From IMG/VR virus record IMGVR_UViG_2571042390_000001: a stretch of 64,000 nucleotides of DNA. One strand, written 5' to 3'. Position 1 is the first letter of the stretch. Every line of letters starts with the position of its first letter. The position numbers and the translations under genes are program-made. Positions 20,510-28,634 of this stretch are shown one piece after another. The notes under the pieces are model-generated. The model was not told where the DNA came from, searched no databases, and was given only the letters and a program-made list of their open reading frames with translations. Source of the stretch: a virus (taxonomy: Duplodnaviria > Heunggongvirae > Uroviricota > Caudoviricetes).

Positions 20510-20631
20510 CAAGAAAGAAGCCGACTTGTGATCCCTTTCAGCGGGCATTTGAAAGTGAATCCAGCTCAGGCAGTCGGCTTCTTTCTTGTGTGAGATGTAG
20601 CGTATTTGCCCATCTTCGGGTGGGCTTTTTT
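20510..20631 (+). ncRNA. Candidate structured small RNA (long hairpin plus intrinsic terminator)
   Basis: 17-bp stem caagaaagaagccgact/agtcggcttctttcttg with nested hairpin, then gcccatc/ggtgggc stem and T6. Confidence 0.3.
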
Positions 20632-21092
20632 AGGGTTTTCGTCATGGTTAGCGACTTTGCGGCGGTTTAGAAACTGACCATTAAAGTAAATGCAAACGAT
20701 GATCTGATGATGGTAGCGGCCTAAGAAGCCAGACGCCACGGGGTATGAGTCGTCCCCCGTCAAAAAAATCGACCGCAGAGTGTCCCCGTCTGTGTATTAG
20801 GGAACGGGGAGGCATAACAGGCAAGGGCGCTGGTGTGATTAACCAGATGAATGAGAAGGGTCAGGTCTTTCTGGTCAGCGCCCTTACCTGTTGCGTCCTT
20901 CCCGCGTAACAGCCATTGCTTAATGGCATCCTGGGAGAACTTCTTGTAACGGGTATATCCCGTCATGCTGAAGGCGCTAATCACGCTGGAAGCCAGGGTT
21001 GTGCATCCCCTGTTACCGAATTGCAGCCAGGGCGCGGTGCGCCGAAAAGCATACGGAGGTGGAAGCCCTCGCCGGAGACGTACCCGGCAAGT

Positions 21093-21167
21093 GATGGTGT
21101 AGCTCAGCGGTAGAGCAGTTGGCTGTTAACCAACTGGTCGGTGGTTCGAATCCACCCACCATCGCCA
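21093..21167 (+). tRNA. tRNA-Asn (anticodon GTT)
   Basis: Cloverleaf: acceptor GATGGTG/CACCATC, T-arm GGTGG-TTCGAAT-CCACC, anticodon loop CTGTTAA, 3' CCA. Confidence 0.8.
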
Positions 21168-21172
21168 ATTTA

Positions 21173-21259
21173 GGGGAGTTAGTCCGTAGGGGTAGCGGGG
21201 TAGACTGTAAATCTACTGTCATTGCGACTCGGGTGGTTCGACTCCATCACTCCCCACCA
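21173..21259 (+). tRNA. tRNA-Tyr (anticodon GTA), long variable arm
   Basis: Acceptor GGGGAGT/ACTCCCC, anticodon loop CTGTAAA, type II variable arm, 3' CCA. Confidence 0.7.
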
Positions 21260-21263
21260 AATT

Positions 21264-21339
21264 GCCGGTTTAGCTCAGTTGGTAGAGCAGTCGCTTTGTA
21301 AGCGAATGGTCAGCGGTTCGATCCCGTTAACCGGCACCA
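21264..21339 (+). tRNA. tRNA-Thr (anticodon TGT)
   Basis: Acceptor GCCGGTT/AACCGGC, D-arm TAGCTCAGTTGGTAGAGC, anticodon loop TTTGTAA, 3' CCA. Confidence 0.8.
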
Positions 21340-21408
21340 ACACAACAGGTAAGAGCATTTGTAGAGTTCGACTCTCTACCGTGGGCTTTTTCCCGCGATG
21401 CGAGCCAT

Positions 21409-21439
21409 AAATGCTCTTACCGTTGTGATGAAGTGCAGC
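21409..21439. repeat. tRNA-array-associated repeat, copy R1
   Basis: aaatgctcttaccgttgtgatgaagtgc; 3' strand of a long hairpin that follows tRNA-Thr. Confidence 0.4.
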
Positions 21440-21650
21440 TCTTTGAAGCAACCAGAAGATAAGCATCTGGCTTCACAACATAAACCGCAGGAACGACCAA
21501 TAAACGGTAGTCCGTATGGAGAACACCCCGTTGAGGAAGAGGTCTGGCCGGAACCGTAACCGGCACTACAACGTTGAGAACACTGGCGTAACGGGGTCAT
21601 ATCCCAATCTACGAATAAATGTTGCGTTGCAGCGTGACAACCAGTGTTCT

Positions 21651-21674
21651 CAACATTGTGGTGAATGCGCAGGC
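21651..21674. repeat. tRNA-array-associated repeat, copy R2
   Basis: caacattgtggtgaatgcgcaggc; preceded by inverted repeat gttgagaacactgg/ccagtgttctcaac. Confidence 0.35.
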
Positions 21675-21793
21675 TGATGCGCGAAAGACATTGCAGCTAT
21701 TGCGGAAAAGAGCTGTTCGGCGGGGCAATTAAACGCCCGTGAGAGTCTGAAATAACCGCAAGCCGGAGATCAGCACCGGTCGCCACAATAACG

Positions 21794-21880
21794 GGAGAGT
21801 AGGGAGCATGGTGCTCAAGCGGTCTTGAAAACCGTCCCATTGCGCAAGCGATGATGGTTCGATTCCATTACTCTCCGCCA
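21794..21880 (+). tRNA. tRNA-Ser (anticodon TGA), long variable arm
   Basis: Acceptor GGAGAGT/ACTCTCC, anticodon loop CTTGAAA, type II variable arm, T-loop TTCGATT, 3' CCA; position 8 atypical. Confidence 0.6.
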
Positions 21881-21974
21881 GTGCAACATTAAGGGTATTT
21901 GGCTAATTAAGCGAATGCCGGAAGCAGAACCGGATCACCAAATGCGTACAGGCGTCATCGCCGCCCAGTCAGCC

Positions 21975-22004
21975 AAATGCTCTTACCATTGCGGTGAATG
22001 CGGC
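21975..22004. repeat. tRNA-array-associated repeat, copy R3
   Basis: aaatgctcttaccattgcggtgaatgcggc; follows tRNA-Ser. Confidence 0.4.
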
Positions 22005-22171
22005 TAAGCGCACGCGGAACAGTTAAAACAGTAAAGGTGGTCTTTTTACTGGCGTAACGAGAATCCATAAGTGATCCGGCGTTAATTGTTAACTGGTTAA
22101 CGTCACCGGGAGGCGCCCGGCACCGCAACCTAACAGCAATGGCGTTTTGTCTTAAAAGGTGGCTGCAAGTG

Positions 22172-22300
22172 ATGGATTTTTGGGCGTTTGCCGATAAAAA
22201 CCCGGAGTGGACATTATTGTTTCTGCTGGTGGTTGCATACGGGGTAGAGCAAGCGGCAAAAGCCTTACGCGGTTCTGGCAAAAAGCGTAAGCGTAATTAA
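22172..22300 (+). CDS. Small hydrophobic ORF (42 aa) inside the tRNA cluster
   Basis: AGGTGG RBS 8 nt upstream of ATG; predicted TM segment WTLLFLLVVAYGV and basic tail; below track size cutoff. Confidence 0.25.
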   Translation: MDFWAFADKNPEWTLLFLLVVAYGVEQAAKALRGSGKKRKRN

Positions 22301-22309
22301 CAGTAATCT

Positions 22310-22385
22310 GGCCCTTTAGCTCAGTGGTTAGAGCGGGCGACTCATAATCGCACGGTCACCGGTTCAAGTCCGGTAGGGGCCACCA
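22310..22385 (+). tRNA. tRNA-Ile2-like (anticodon CAT; may read AUA after lysidine modification, or be tRNA-Met)
   Basis: Near-identical in outline to E. coli ileX-type tRNA: GGCCC(T)TTAGCTCAGTGGTTAGAGC ... CTCATAA ... GGTTCAAGTCC ... CCA. Confidence 0.75.
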
Positions 22386-22607
22386 CATTTGGTTGTAACA
22401 CGGCGTATGGCACATGCGTCGTTAGCGGTCTGGTGTAGCTGTTAGGTACCTTTTACTAACACTGCATGGGCACACCAGGTAGCCGGAATGTGCAAGCCCC
22501 GTTCATAGCGTCGGACTGCGGATTCACCATCCTGGCGATTCGGTGTGACAGCCGGAAGAGCACGGCGCACAACAGGAAAAGGCGTTTAATTAGCGTGAGC
22601 GCCGTTT

Positions 22608-22633
22608 CCGTTGTGGTAATTGCGGCTATGCGC
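22608..22633. repeat. tRNA-array-associated repeat, copy R4
   Basis: ccgttgtggtaattgcggctatgcgc; downstream of tRNA-Ile2. Confidence 0.35.
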
Positions 22634-22837
22634 TCGTGACGAAGCCATTTTCATTCACTACGTTCTGATAAGTGACGTCGCCAGGAGTGGCTAACCTGGC
22701 AGGTGGAGGCACCACCGCCACAACTCCTTTCAATTCATCATATAGCCGCTCAGGCTGTACCCCTTAATTAATACGAAGTTACGACATCACTACCGGTACT
22801 TCCGGGGGATAGTCGCGCGTGTAAAAAAGGAAACGTT

Positions 22838-23413
22838 ATGTTAATGGCGAACGATAACGCATATACAGAAGAAGATCTCATTTTGAGTGACTTCATAGGG
22901 AAGCGTGAACGCTGGACCCAAAAGCGAGAGGAAATTTACGCCTCATTAGTTCGCAAAGGCGTCAATATCGAAACCGCACAGAGCGGCGATATGACAGTGG
23001 TAAGCGTTGGATTGCACGGTGTAAGCGTGTCAGCAATCAATCATGAGCCATACGTTGCGTTATCCGAGTCAATGGTAAGGTTAGTTAAGTTCCTGAAATA
23101 CACAGAAGCGAATAATGTAATCATTGGCAAAAAGAATATCCCTTTTTCCTCGGCTTTTTACTGGATGATGAAAGGGCTTGATGCCCGGCGGACATCATGG
23201 CCCAAAGGGAGCTATATATCGATGTTCCGTGGCAGTATTGGCAGCAAAGAAAAGCTCTTCGAATTCTTGCCGGAAGAGGCATTCGATATTGTGGAAGGGT
23301 GCGATGTGATGGTGATGCCTCGCCTGGTAATGATGAATGGGGATTTACAGGCGCAGACAGACTGGTTTGCAACTGGTGTGGATATTATCGCGACTGACTG
23401 GGAGGCTTTCTGA
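22838..23413 (+). CDS. Protein with C-terminal DUF2829 (Tad2-family)-like domain (191 aa)
   Basis: C-terminal AFYWMMKGLDARRTSW ... DIIATDWEAF matches the DUF2829 pattern. Confidence 0.5.
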   Translation: MLMANDNAYTEEDLILSDFIGKRERWTQKREEIYASLVRKGVNIETAQSGDMTVVSVGLHGVSVSAINHEPYVALSESMVRLVKFLKYTEANNVIIGKKNIPFSSAFYWMMKGLDARRTSWPKGSYISMFRGSIGSKEKLFEFLPEEAFDIVEGCDVMVMPRLVMMNGDLQAQTDWFATGVDIIATDWEAF

Positions 23414-23805
23414 TGTACGGGACTACCAAATTAAGCACTCAACAGGCCACCAATATGGAGTGGTCTATCGCTAACTGTAAGATCGAGTCATGCAATGCCA
23501 CGCGTACTGATGTGGGCCATAAAAGCACTATAACAGGCTATCTAGTAATGACCACCAGGGGGATAAGGGTTAGATTTCGCTGGAAAGCAGAGCAAGTAAC
23601 CCCATTCAGAGAGCCATCAATGCCGCTGCAGGTTGAGCAGGATTATCTATGTTTACCAGAAATAGATGGAGGAATGCTGGTGGAGTCTGATGGTAGTAAG
23701 GCTGATTTTGAAGCCAATTTGAAGCTGGCACAGGCCGTAATCAATAGTTATCGCGGACAGTGGATCGCAAAAGTGAAACATGTTGTTCGTTTGTCTCGCT
23801 GGTAG
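23413..23805 (+). CDS. Hypothetical protein (130 aa)
   Basis: Start overlaps upstream stop. Confidence 0.4.
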   Translation: MYGTTKLSTQQATNMEWSIANCKIESCNATRTDVGHKSTITGYLVMTTRGIRVRFRWKAEQVTPFREPSMPLQVEQDYLCLPEIDGGMLVESDGSKADFEANLKLAQAVINSYRGQWIAKVKHVVRLSRW

Positions 23806-23826
23806 CATTAGATATTTAGTATTAAT

Positions 23827-23835
23827 TTTCTAATA
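23827..23835. promoter_or_regulatory. Operator-like motif variant (TTTCTAATA) upstream of lpa-like gene
   Basis: P1 lpa is a known C1-controlled gene; same position here. Confidence 0.4.
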
Positions 23836-23913
23836 CATTCATCTTTTTACCAGTCTATACAGTTTTAACATTCTCATTATCATCCCCTCGGTCATTTCCT
23901 GCCCGGGGGATTA

Positions 23914-24306
23914 ATGGAACAAATCAGCAGCGCAGAAATTGCGGATATCATGATCAGGGCTGACTGCTATCTGACAGTCACTGAAATTACCACTCTCGCC
24001 AAAGAAAAATACCCTCATCTCCATGTTTCACGAGTAAGTGTAACTAACATCATTCGTCATTTTGTTCGTTCAAGCAGGGCAATCTGTGAGCTTGATGATC
24101 GTGTTTACCCACGAAAATACTGGTTGCATGGCCTGAACGGATATCAGTTCAAGGTGCGTGGGCGAACCCCTGAATATGGCAGTTTACTGGTTAAAAACTG
24201 TAGCAGGAAATCAGTCGAACAGGCGCGAAAAGAGCAACGAGAGCTGGTGGACATGGCGAATAAGCTGTGGAATGCCGCCGTTAAAAAGCGTGGTGTTGCT
24301 TTATGA
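23914..24306 (+). CDS. Hypothetical protein; possible late-promoter activator (Lpa-like) by synteny only
   Basis: Immediately upstream of pacA-like/pacB-like genes, as lpa is in P1; operator-like motif upstream. Confidence 0.4.
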   Translation: MEQISSAEIADIMIRADCYLTVTEITTLAKEKYPHLHVSRVSVTNIIRHFVRSSRAICELDDRVYPRKYWLHGLNGYQFKVRGRTPEYGSLLVKNCSRKSVEQARKEQRELVDMANKLWNAAVKKRGVAL

Positions 24307-25667
24307 GTCTGGTTAATTGGGAGGAGCACCGCGCCCGCTTTATAGCGTTGCGTGAAGAAAAAGGGATCACTGTAAAGGAATACTGTGAGGAGCATGGCCT
24401 TAGCTTCAATACAGCCAGAAAGCATCTCAATATGAAAAAAAATGAGGTGCGGTCGCAGGTAAAGACAACAAAAAAAAGCACCAAATCACCTGAAAAAAAA
24501 CGGGCGGGAAGAGCAACAAAAAAGCTGGAAGAGGGTGCAGAAAAAACAAAATTTACAGAAATTGACAATTCGCAGGGCGCAGGTTCTTTCCGAAGTATGC
24601 CGAGAAAGAAAACTTCGGATCATGAAAATAATTCAAATAATAACAATGAGATAAAAGAATCTGTCAGGAGATCATTGCGCGAAAAAATGGCGAAAATGAT
24701 CCCCGAAGAAGATAAAAACGCCCCAAAAATTGAGGGATCTTCTGCAATGATCCCTGACGGTGCTGTGCAGCGTGCCACATTGCCAACTACGAATGTGGCT
24801 CGCGATATGATGAAGAACGGCGCAGAAGAACACCTGCGGTTAGCAATTCAAATGGCGCAAGAGCGCGCACTTCAGTATCAAAGCATTGTTGATCAGGAGG
24901 CCGAACGTCTACAGGCGGAAATAGACGCCTTGGGCGATAAAGAGCCAGAAGGAATGCACCCTGGGCAGCGCCTTCTCGGTCTAATCAGTGACGCGGCCTA
25001 CTACATGAATGATTTTATCAGTAGGTTGGCAGCTATATATCAGTCCGAACAAAAGCTGCGACAGGGGGATGAAAAGCTTCGTCAGAGCGCTCGCCAGCAA
25101 GCATTCAAAGAGGCTGAGGCCAGAGAAAAACTCGAATTAGCACGCCTACAGGCCGAACAGCGTGGCAAAGAGATTGAATATCGCATTGGCGCTGACGCAC
25201 GCGCAGCCAGAGTTATCGCCGCCGCTATACGTATGCGTGAGCGCGAGGAACTGGATGATATCGGTGTTGCTGAATACATCGAGCGCCAGGGTGTCAGCGT
25301 CCCGGCTATCCTCGCGGCGCGCGCGGCGAAAGCTATCACTCTTCTCGAACCACCTGTTTCTGACGTCAATGATGTTGATGATGAACAGCTGGACAAAGAG
25401 GCAAGGGAGTTTGCAACGCTTCAGGCTAACCATCCGCAATGGCTGGCAGAGCGCCGGGCGGATGTGGCAACCATTGTTGAAGAATTGGGGTGCGGAGATT
25501 ACGACCGCAATGGCGAGCGTAAAGCTGGAGAATTCGAGGCCAACGACGAAGAGCTGGATATTGACCCTTCGGCAACGGCTGAAATTTACGGTGATTATGA
25601 TGCATCTGATGCAGGGTATGACGCCGGAGATGATGATATCGCGATAGAACCGCCGGAGGATGATTAA
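24303..25667 (+). CDS. pacA: Terminase small subunit, PacA-like
   Basis: N-terminal HTH-like region, charged/acidic C-terminus, stop overlaps start of the large subunit; internal GATC cluster. Confidence 0.55.
   Translation: MSLVNWEEHRARFIALREEKGITVKEYCEEHGLSFNTARKHLNMKKNEVRSQVKTTKKSTKSPEKKRAGRATKKLEEGAEKTKFTEIDNSQGAGSFRSMPRKKTSDHENNSNNNNEIKESVRRSLREKMAKMIPEEDKNAPKIEGSSAMIPDGAVQRATLPTTNVARDMMKNGAEEHLRLAIQMAQERALQYQSIVDQEAERLQAEIDALGDKEPEGMHPGQRLLGLISDAAYYMNDFISRLAAIYQSEQKLRQGDEKLRQSARQQAFKEAEAREKLELARLQAEQRGKEIEYRIGADARAARVIAAAIRMREREELDDIGVAEYIERQGVSVPAILAARAAKAITLLEPPVSDVNDVDDEQLDKEAREFATLQANHPQWLAERRADVATIVEELGCGDYDRNGERKAGEFEANDEELDIDPSATAEIYGDYDASDAGYDAGDDDIAIEPPEDD
24610..24760. other. 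Candidate pac site (cluster of GATC-containing hexamers inside pacA-like gene)
   Basis: Five GATC sites within about 135 bp, including repeated AATGATCCC. Confidence 0.3.
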
Positions 25668-27175
25668 TGGCTGGCGGGCGCAAGATTAAATGCGTCACCA
25701 GCGATCCACGCTGGCGCGATATGGTAATCAAATACCGCTACAACTTTACCCAGGCTGTAGTCGATATTTTTGGGATGTTCCCCTCCCACCAGCAGCAGCA
25801 GATCATTCAGTCAGTGCAGGAAACGGGGAGTAGGACGACCGTCACGTCCGGACACGGAACGGGGAAGTCGTCCCTTACCGCGATGTTGCTGTTGATTTTT
25901 ATGATCCTGTTCCCCGATGCCCGTGTCATCATTGTTGCTAACAAGATAGGCCAGGTAAAAACAGGCGTATTCAAATACGTTAAACAGTATTGGGCGAATG
26001 CAGTTAAGCGTCATGGGTGGTTGCAGACCTATTTTGTCCTCTCTGACACCATGTTTTATGAGCGCTCCCGTAAGGGGATTTGGGAAGTTCTCTGCAAAGG
26101 TTATCGACTCGGCAACGAAGAAGCGCTGGCGGGGGAACACGCGGCACATTTGCTTCTAATTCTGGATGAAGCATCTGGTATATCTGATAAGGCGATCGGC
26201 GTAATGACCGGTGCTCTTACTGAAGAAGATAACCGGATGTTGATGCTATCCCAGCCAACAAGGCCAAGTGGTTATTTCTACGATTCGCACCATTCTCGAG
26301 CAAAAACCCCAGACAACCCGAAAGGGATCTGGACAGCAATTGTTCTTAACTCGGAAGAATCACCGTTCGTCACACCACAATTCATCAAGGAGAAGCTTCT
26401 GGAATATGGTGGGCGCGATTCTATTGAGTACATGGTCAAGGTGCTTGGTCAGTTCCCACGAGAAATTAACGGCTATTTGCTTGGTCGTGATGAATGCGAT
26501 CGCTCTGCTCGCCGCAAGGTGTTGTTGGAGAAAAACTGGGGATGGGTGGCAACGGCTGACGTTGGTAATGGGCGAGATAAGTCGGTCCTCAACATCTGCA
26601 AGGTATCAGGTCACAGGGATAAGCGGCGCGTTGTTAACTTTAAGGTAATGGAGATGCCTGGCACTATGGACCCATTGGCCTTTGCTGACTTCATATATAA
26701 CGAATGTACGCCGGAAAAATACCCGAATATAACAATCGCGGTTGATGCTGATGGTTTTGGTTCTGATACGTGTGCGCAGTTGGTGCGTCGTGGTGCGAAC
26801 CCGGTACGTATTCGGTGGGGAAAACCCATGTTTGCGAACAAAGACAGGGAGCGATTTGTTAATCAGCGTGCCTACGCAAATATTATGGCGCGAGATGCCA
26901 TAAAGTCAGGGCGTATGCGGATAGACAGTGACCCTAAAACGGCAGAGCAAGCGTCAAAAATCCCCTTTTTACTGAATGAAGAAGGGAAAATGGCGATGAT
27001 GCGCAAAGAGCACATGCGGCAAAAGCTAAACATCAAATCGCCTGACCGATGGGATACCTACTGCTTCACTATGCTGGTGGACTATGTGCCTGCTAATGAA
27101 GATATTGGTGCCGAAATGGCAACTTTCCGAGATCAGGTTCTGGCGGATATCGAAATGCCGGATCTGGATATATAA
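25667..27175 (+). CDS. pacB: Terminase large subunit, PacB-like
   Basis: Walker A SGHGTGKS and Walker B LLILDEASGISD. Confidence 0.8.
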   Translation: MAGGRKIKCVTSDPRWRDMVIKYRYNFTQAVVDIFGMFPSHQQQQIIQSVQETGSRTTVTSGHGTGKSSLTAMLLLIFMILFPDARVIIVANKIGQVKTGVFKYVKQYWANAVKRHGWLQTYFVLSDTMFYERSRKGIWEVLCKGYRLGNEEALAGEHAAHLLLILDEASGISDKAIGVMTGALTEEDNRMLMLSQPTRPSGYFYDSHHSRAKTPDNPKGIWTAIVLNSEESPFVTPQFIKEKLLEYGGRDSIEYMVKVLGQFPREINGYLLGRDECDRSARRKVLLEKNWGWVATADVGNGRDKSVLNICKVSGHRDKRRVVNFKVMEMPGTMDPLAFADFIYNECTPEKYPNITIAVDADGFGSDTCAQLVRRGANPVRIRWGKPMFANKDRERFVNQRAYANIMARDAIKSGRMRIDSDPKTAEQASKIPFLLNEEGKMAMMRKEHMRQKLNIKSPDRWDTYCFTMLVDYVPANEDIGAEMATFRDQVLADIEMPDLDI

Positions 27176-27176
27176 A

Positions 27177-27193
27177 GCCCCGCGATGCGGGGC
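27177..27193 (-). terminator. Terminator-like hairpin between convergent pacB-like and c1-like genes
   Basis: gccccgc/gcggggc stem; A/T-rich run on the minus-strand 3' side. Confidence 0.4.
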
Positions 27194-27202
27194 CGGTTGT
27201 GA

Positions 27203-28240
27203 TTACCAGAGCTTCGCGGCGTACTGCGTTTGGGGGAATGTGTATCCGTAACGTTCTTCGATTGCTTTGCCGTATTTTTTACGAGCTTCATTCAGTTTTA
27301 TGCCGGTCAGGTCGTCTCCAGAGGCCATCATTACGTCTAACAATTCCAGATCCATTTTATCCAGCCTTGCCATTGCTTCACGTGATGTACGTATCTTACG
27401 CTCAATGATATGGCGAATAGCCGGATCGGCATCCTCCAGCATCTTAGCGGATTTCTGCTTAAGGCTTTCATTGCGAATATCGATGTTCCTTAAGATGTAC
27501 GACTTCGCAACGTAGCTTGGCTGGTGTTTTTCCAGGTCACGAACACGATATAAGTTAAAATCGCCGAGAAGGCTGCAAGGTACCGATTCGACGCCAGAAT
27601 AAATTGTAATGCTCCGGCGCTCACCAACATTATTGACAACGGGGATCGTTGTCTTCGGTAGTCTTGCGAAAACCAATGCGCCATGTGCGCCAACTCTAAA
27701 GCGAGAAAGGGCATTGCTGCCTTCGATGTTTGTTGTCAGCACAACATCTGTATATGCCTCTTTACGCGCCCGGTAGATCTCGCCTTCAGGCTCAGCTTCA
27801 AAGAAGCGCTGTTCTTCTTCAAGAGCACCTACGATTTGAGAAAAAACCCTATTTTTCAGGCTTTTCTTTATGATTTTGTCGTATTTTTTGAGCAATTGTT
27901 CACGTGTAAATGTACGTGTTGTTGTAGCGCTTTGCACAACAACATGCGTGCTTTGATTGGTGTCCTCAATGATGAATGGGATCGGAGAATATACAGACTC
28001 AACAATGTTCGACGCTTTGCCGTCGGCATCGCGGCACATGTCAACGAAGGCTTTCCATTCAGCAAGACATTTTTCAGCTTCTTCTAATATGTTTTGGTCA
28101 TGCGTTAATGCAACATGGCGGAATTCCTCGCCAGCATAACTGGTATCATGGAAAACAGAGTTTGCGACCACCAGCTCTTTCCACCGTTCAGCGGTTTGCA
28201 GGAACCGTTTGTACTCTTTCTCGATCGACTTCTTACTCAT
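27203..28240 (-). CDS. Hypothetical protein (345 aa); candidate C1-like repressor by position
   Basis: Sits between pacB-like and lox-cre as c1 does in P1; operator-like motif directly upstream; no sequence-level confirmation. Confidence 0.4.
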   Translation of the reverse strand: MSKKSIEKEYKRFLQTAERWKELVVANSVFHDTSYAGEEFRHVALTHDQNILEEAEKCLAEWKAFVDMCRDADGKASNIVESVYSPIPFIIEDTNQSTHVVVQSATTTRTFTREQLLKKYDKIIKKSLKNRVFSQIVGALEEEQRFFEAEPEGEIYRARKEAYTDVVLTTNIEGSNALSRFRVGAHGALVFARLPKTTIPVVNNVGERRSITIYSGVESVPCSLLGDFNLYRVRDLEKHQPSYVAKSYILRNIDIRNESLKQKSAKMLEDADPAIRHIIERKIRTSREAMARLDKMDLELLDVMMASGDDLTGIKLNEARKKYGKAIEERYGYTFPQTQYAAKLW

Positions 28241-28259
28241 TATTCCTACTCGATTTAGT

Positions 28260-28268
28260 TTTCTAACA
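28260..28268. promoter_or_regulatory. Operator-like motif TTTCTAACA in the c1-like / cre divergent region
   Basis: About 20 bp upstream of the c1-like start codon. Confidence 0.45.
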
Positions 28269-28449
28269 TAAAATTACTATGACAAATTTATGTCGAATAA
28301 CAGAGTGAGTAAAGGATCGAACTGTGATTTTTTGTCATCAAATTTAGAAAACCAACTGTATAAACCACGCTTCGCAAATTAAAGACCATGAAGGCAACGT
28401 GTTACTGGTCAGAATCAATCTGTGATGGATTAAAAAAAATCGCCATTTT

Positions 28450-28483
28450 ATAACTTTAAATAATTGGCATTATTTAAAGTTAG
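28450..28483. other. lox-like recombination site (13-bp inverted repeats around an 8-bp asymmetric spacer)
   Basis: ATAACTTTAAATA-ATTGGCAT-TATTTAAAGTTAG, arms 12/13 complementary; same outline as loxP (ATAACTTCGTATA-N8-TATACGAAGTTAT); about 150 bp upstream of cre homolog. Confidence 0.6.
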
Positions 28484-28634
28484 GCTATAATTATGGGTAG
28501 ATGATCAGTATTGACATCACTGAAAATACGCGCCTCGAATCAAAGGCTTGAATCTTGAAAATTAACTTATAGCTACCCTGTCATTTTTATATTTTTCGCG
28601 TAGCGTTATCTGTATATAGAGGTTAAATAGTTTC

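Noticed and set aside
21340-21375. Possible sixth tRNA after tRNA-Thr (T-arm-like hairpin gtagagttcgactctctac)
   Set aside because: Only a T-arm-like stem-loop is present; no acceptor stem, D-arm or anticodon arm can be built; more likely a processing or terminator structure or a tRNA remnant.
20916-21600. Small ORFs overlapping the tRNA genes (e.g. 21013..21222, 21119..21301, 21222..21410)
   Set aside because: They overlap well-formed tRNA cloverleaves and lack RBS; treated as spurious.
28389-28454. 21-codon ORF running into the lox-like site, as a possible coi-like gene
   Set aside because: Too short and without RBS support; overlap with the recombination site makes coding unlikely.
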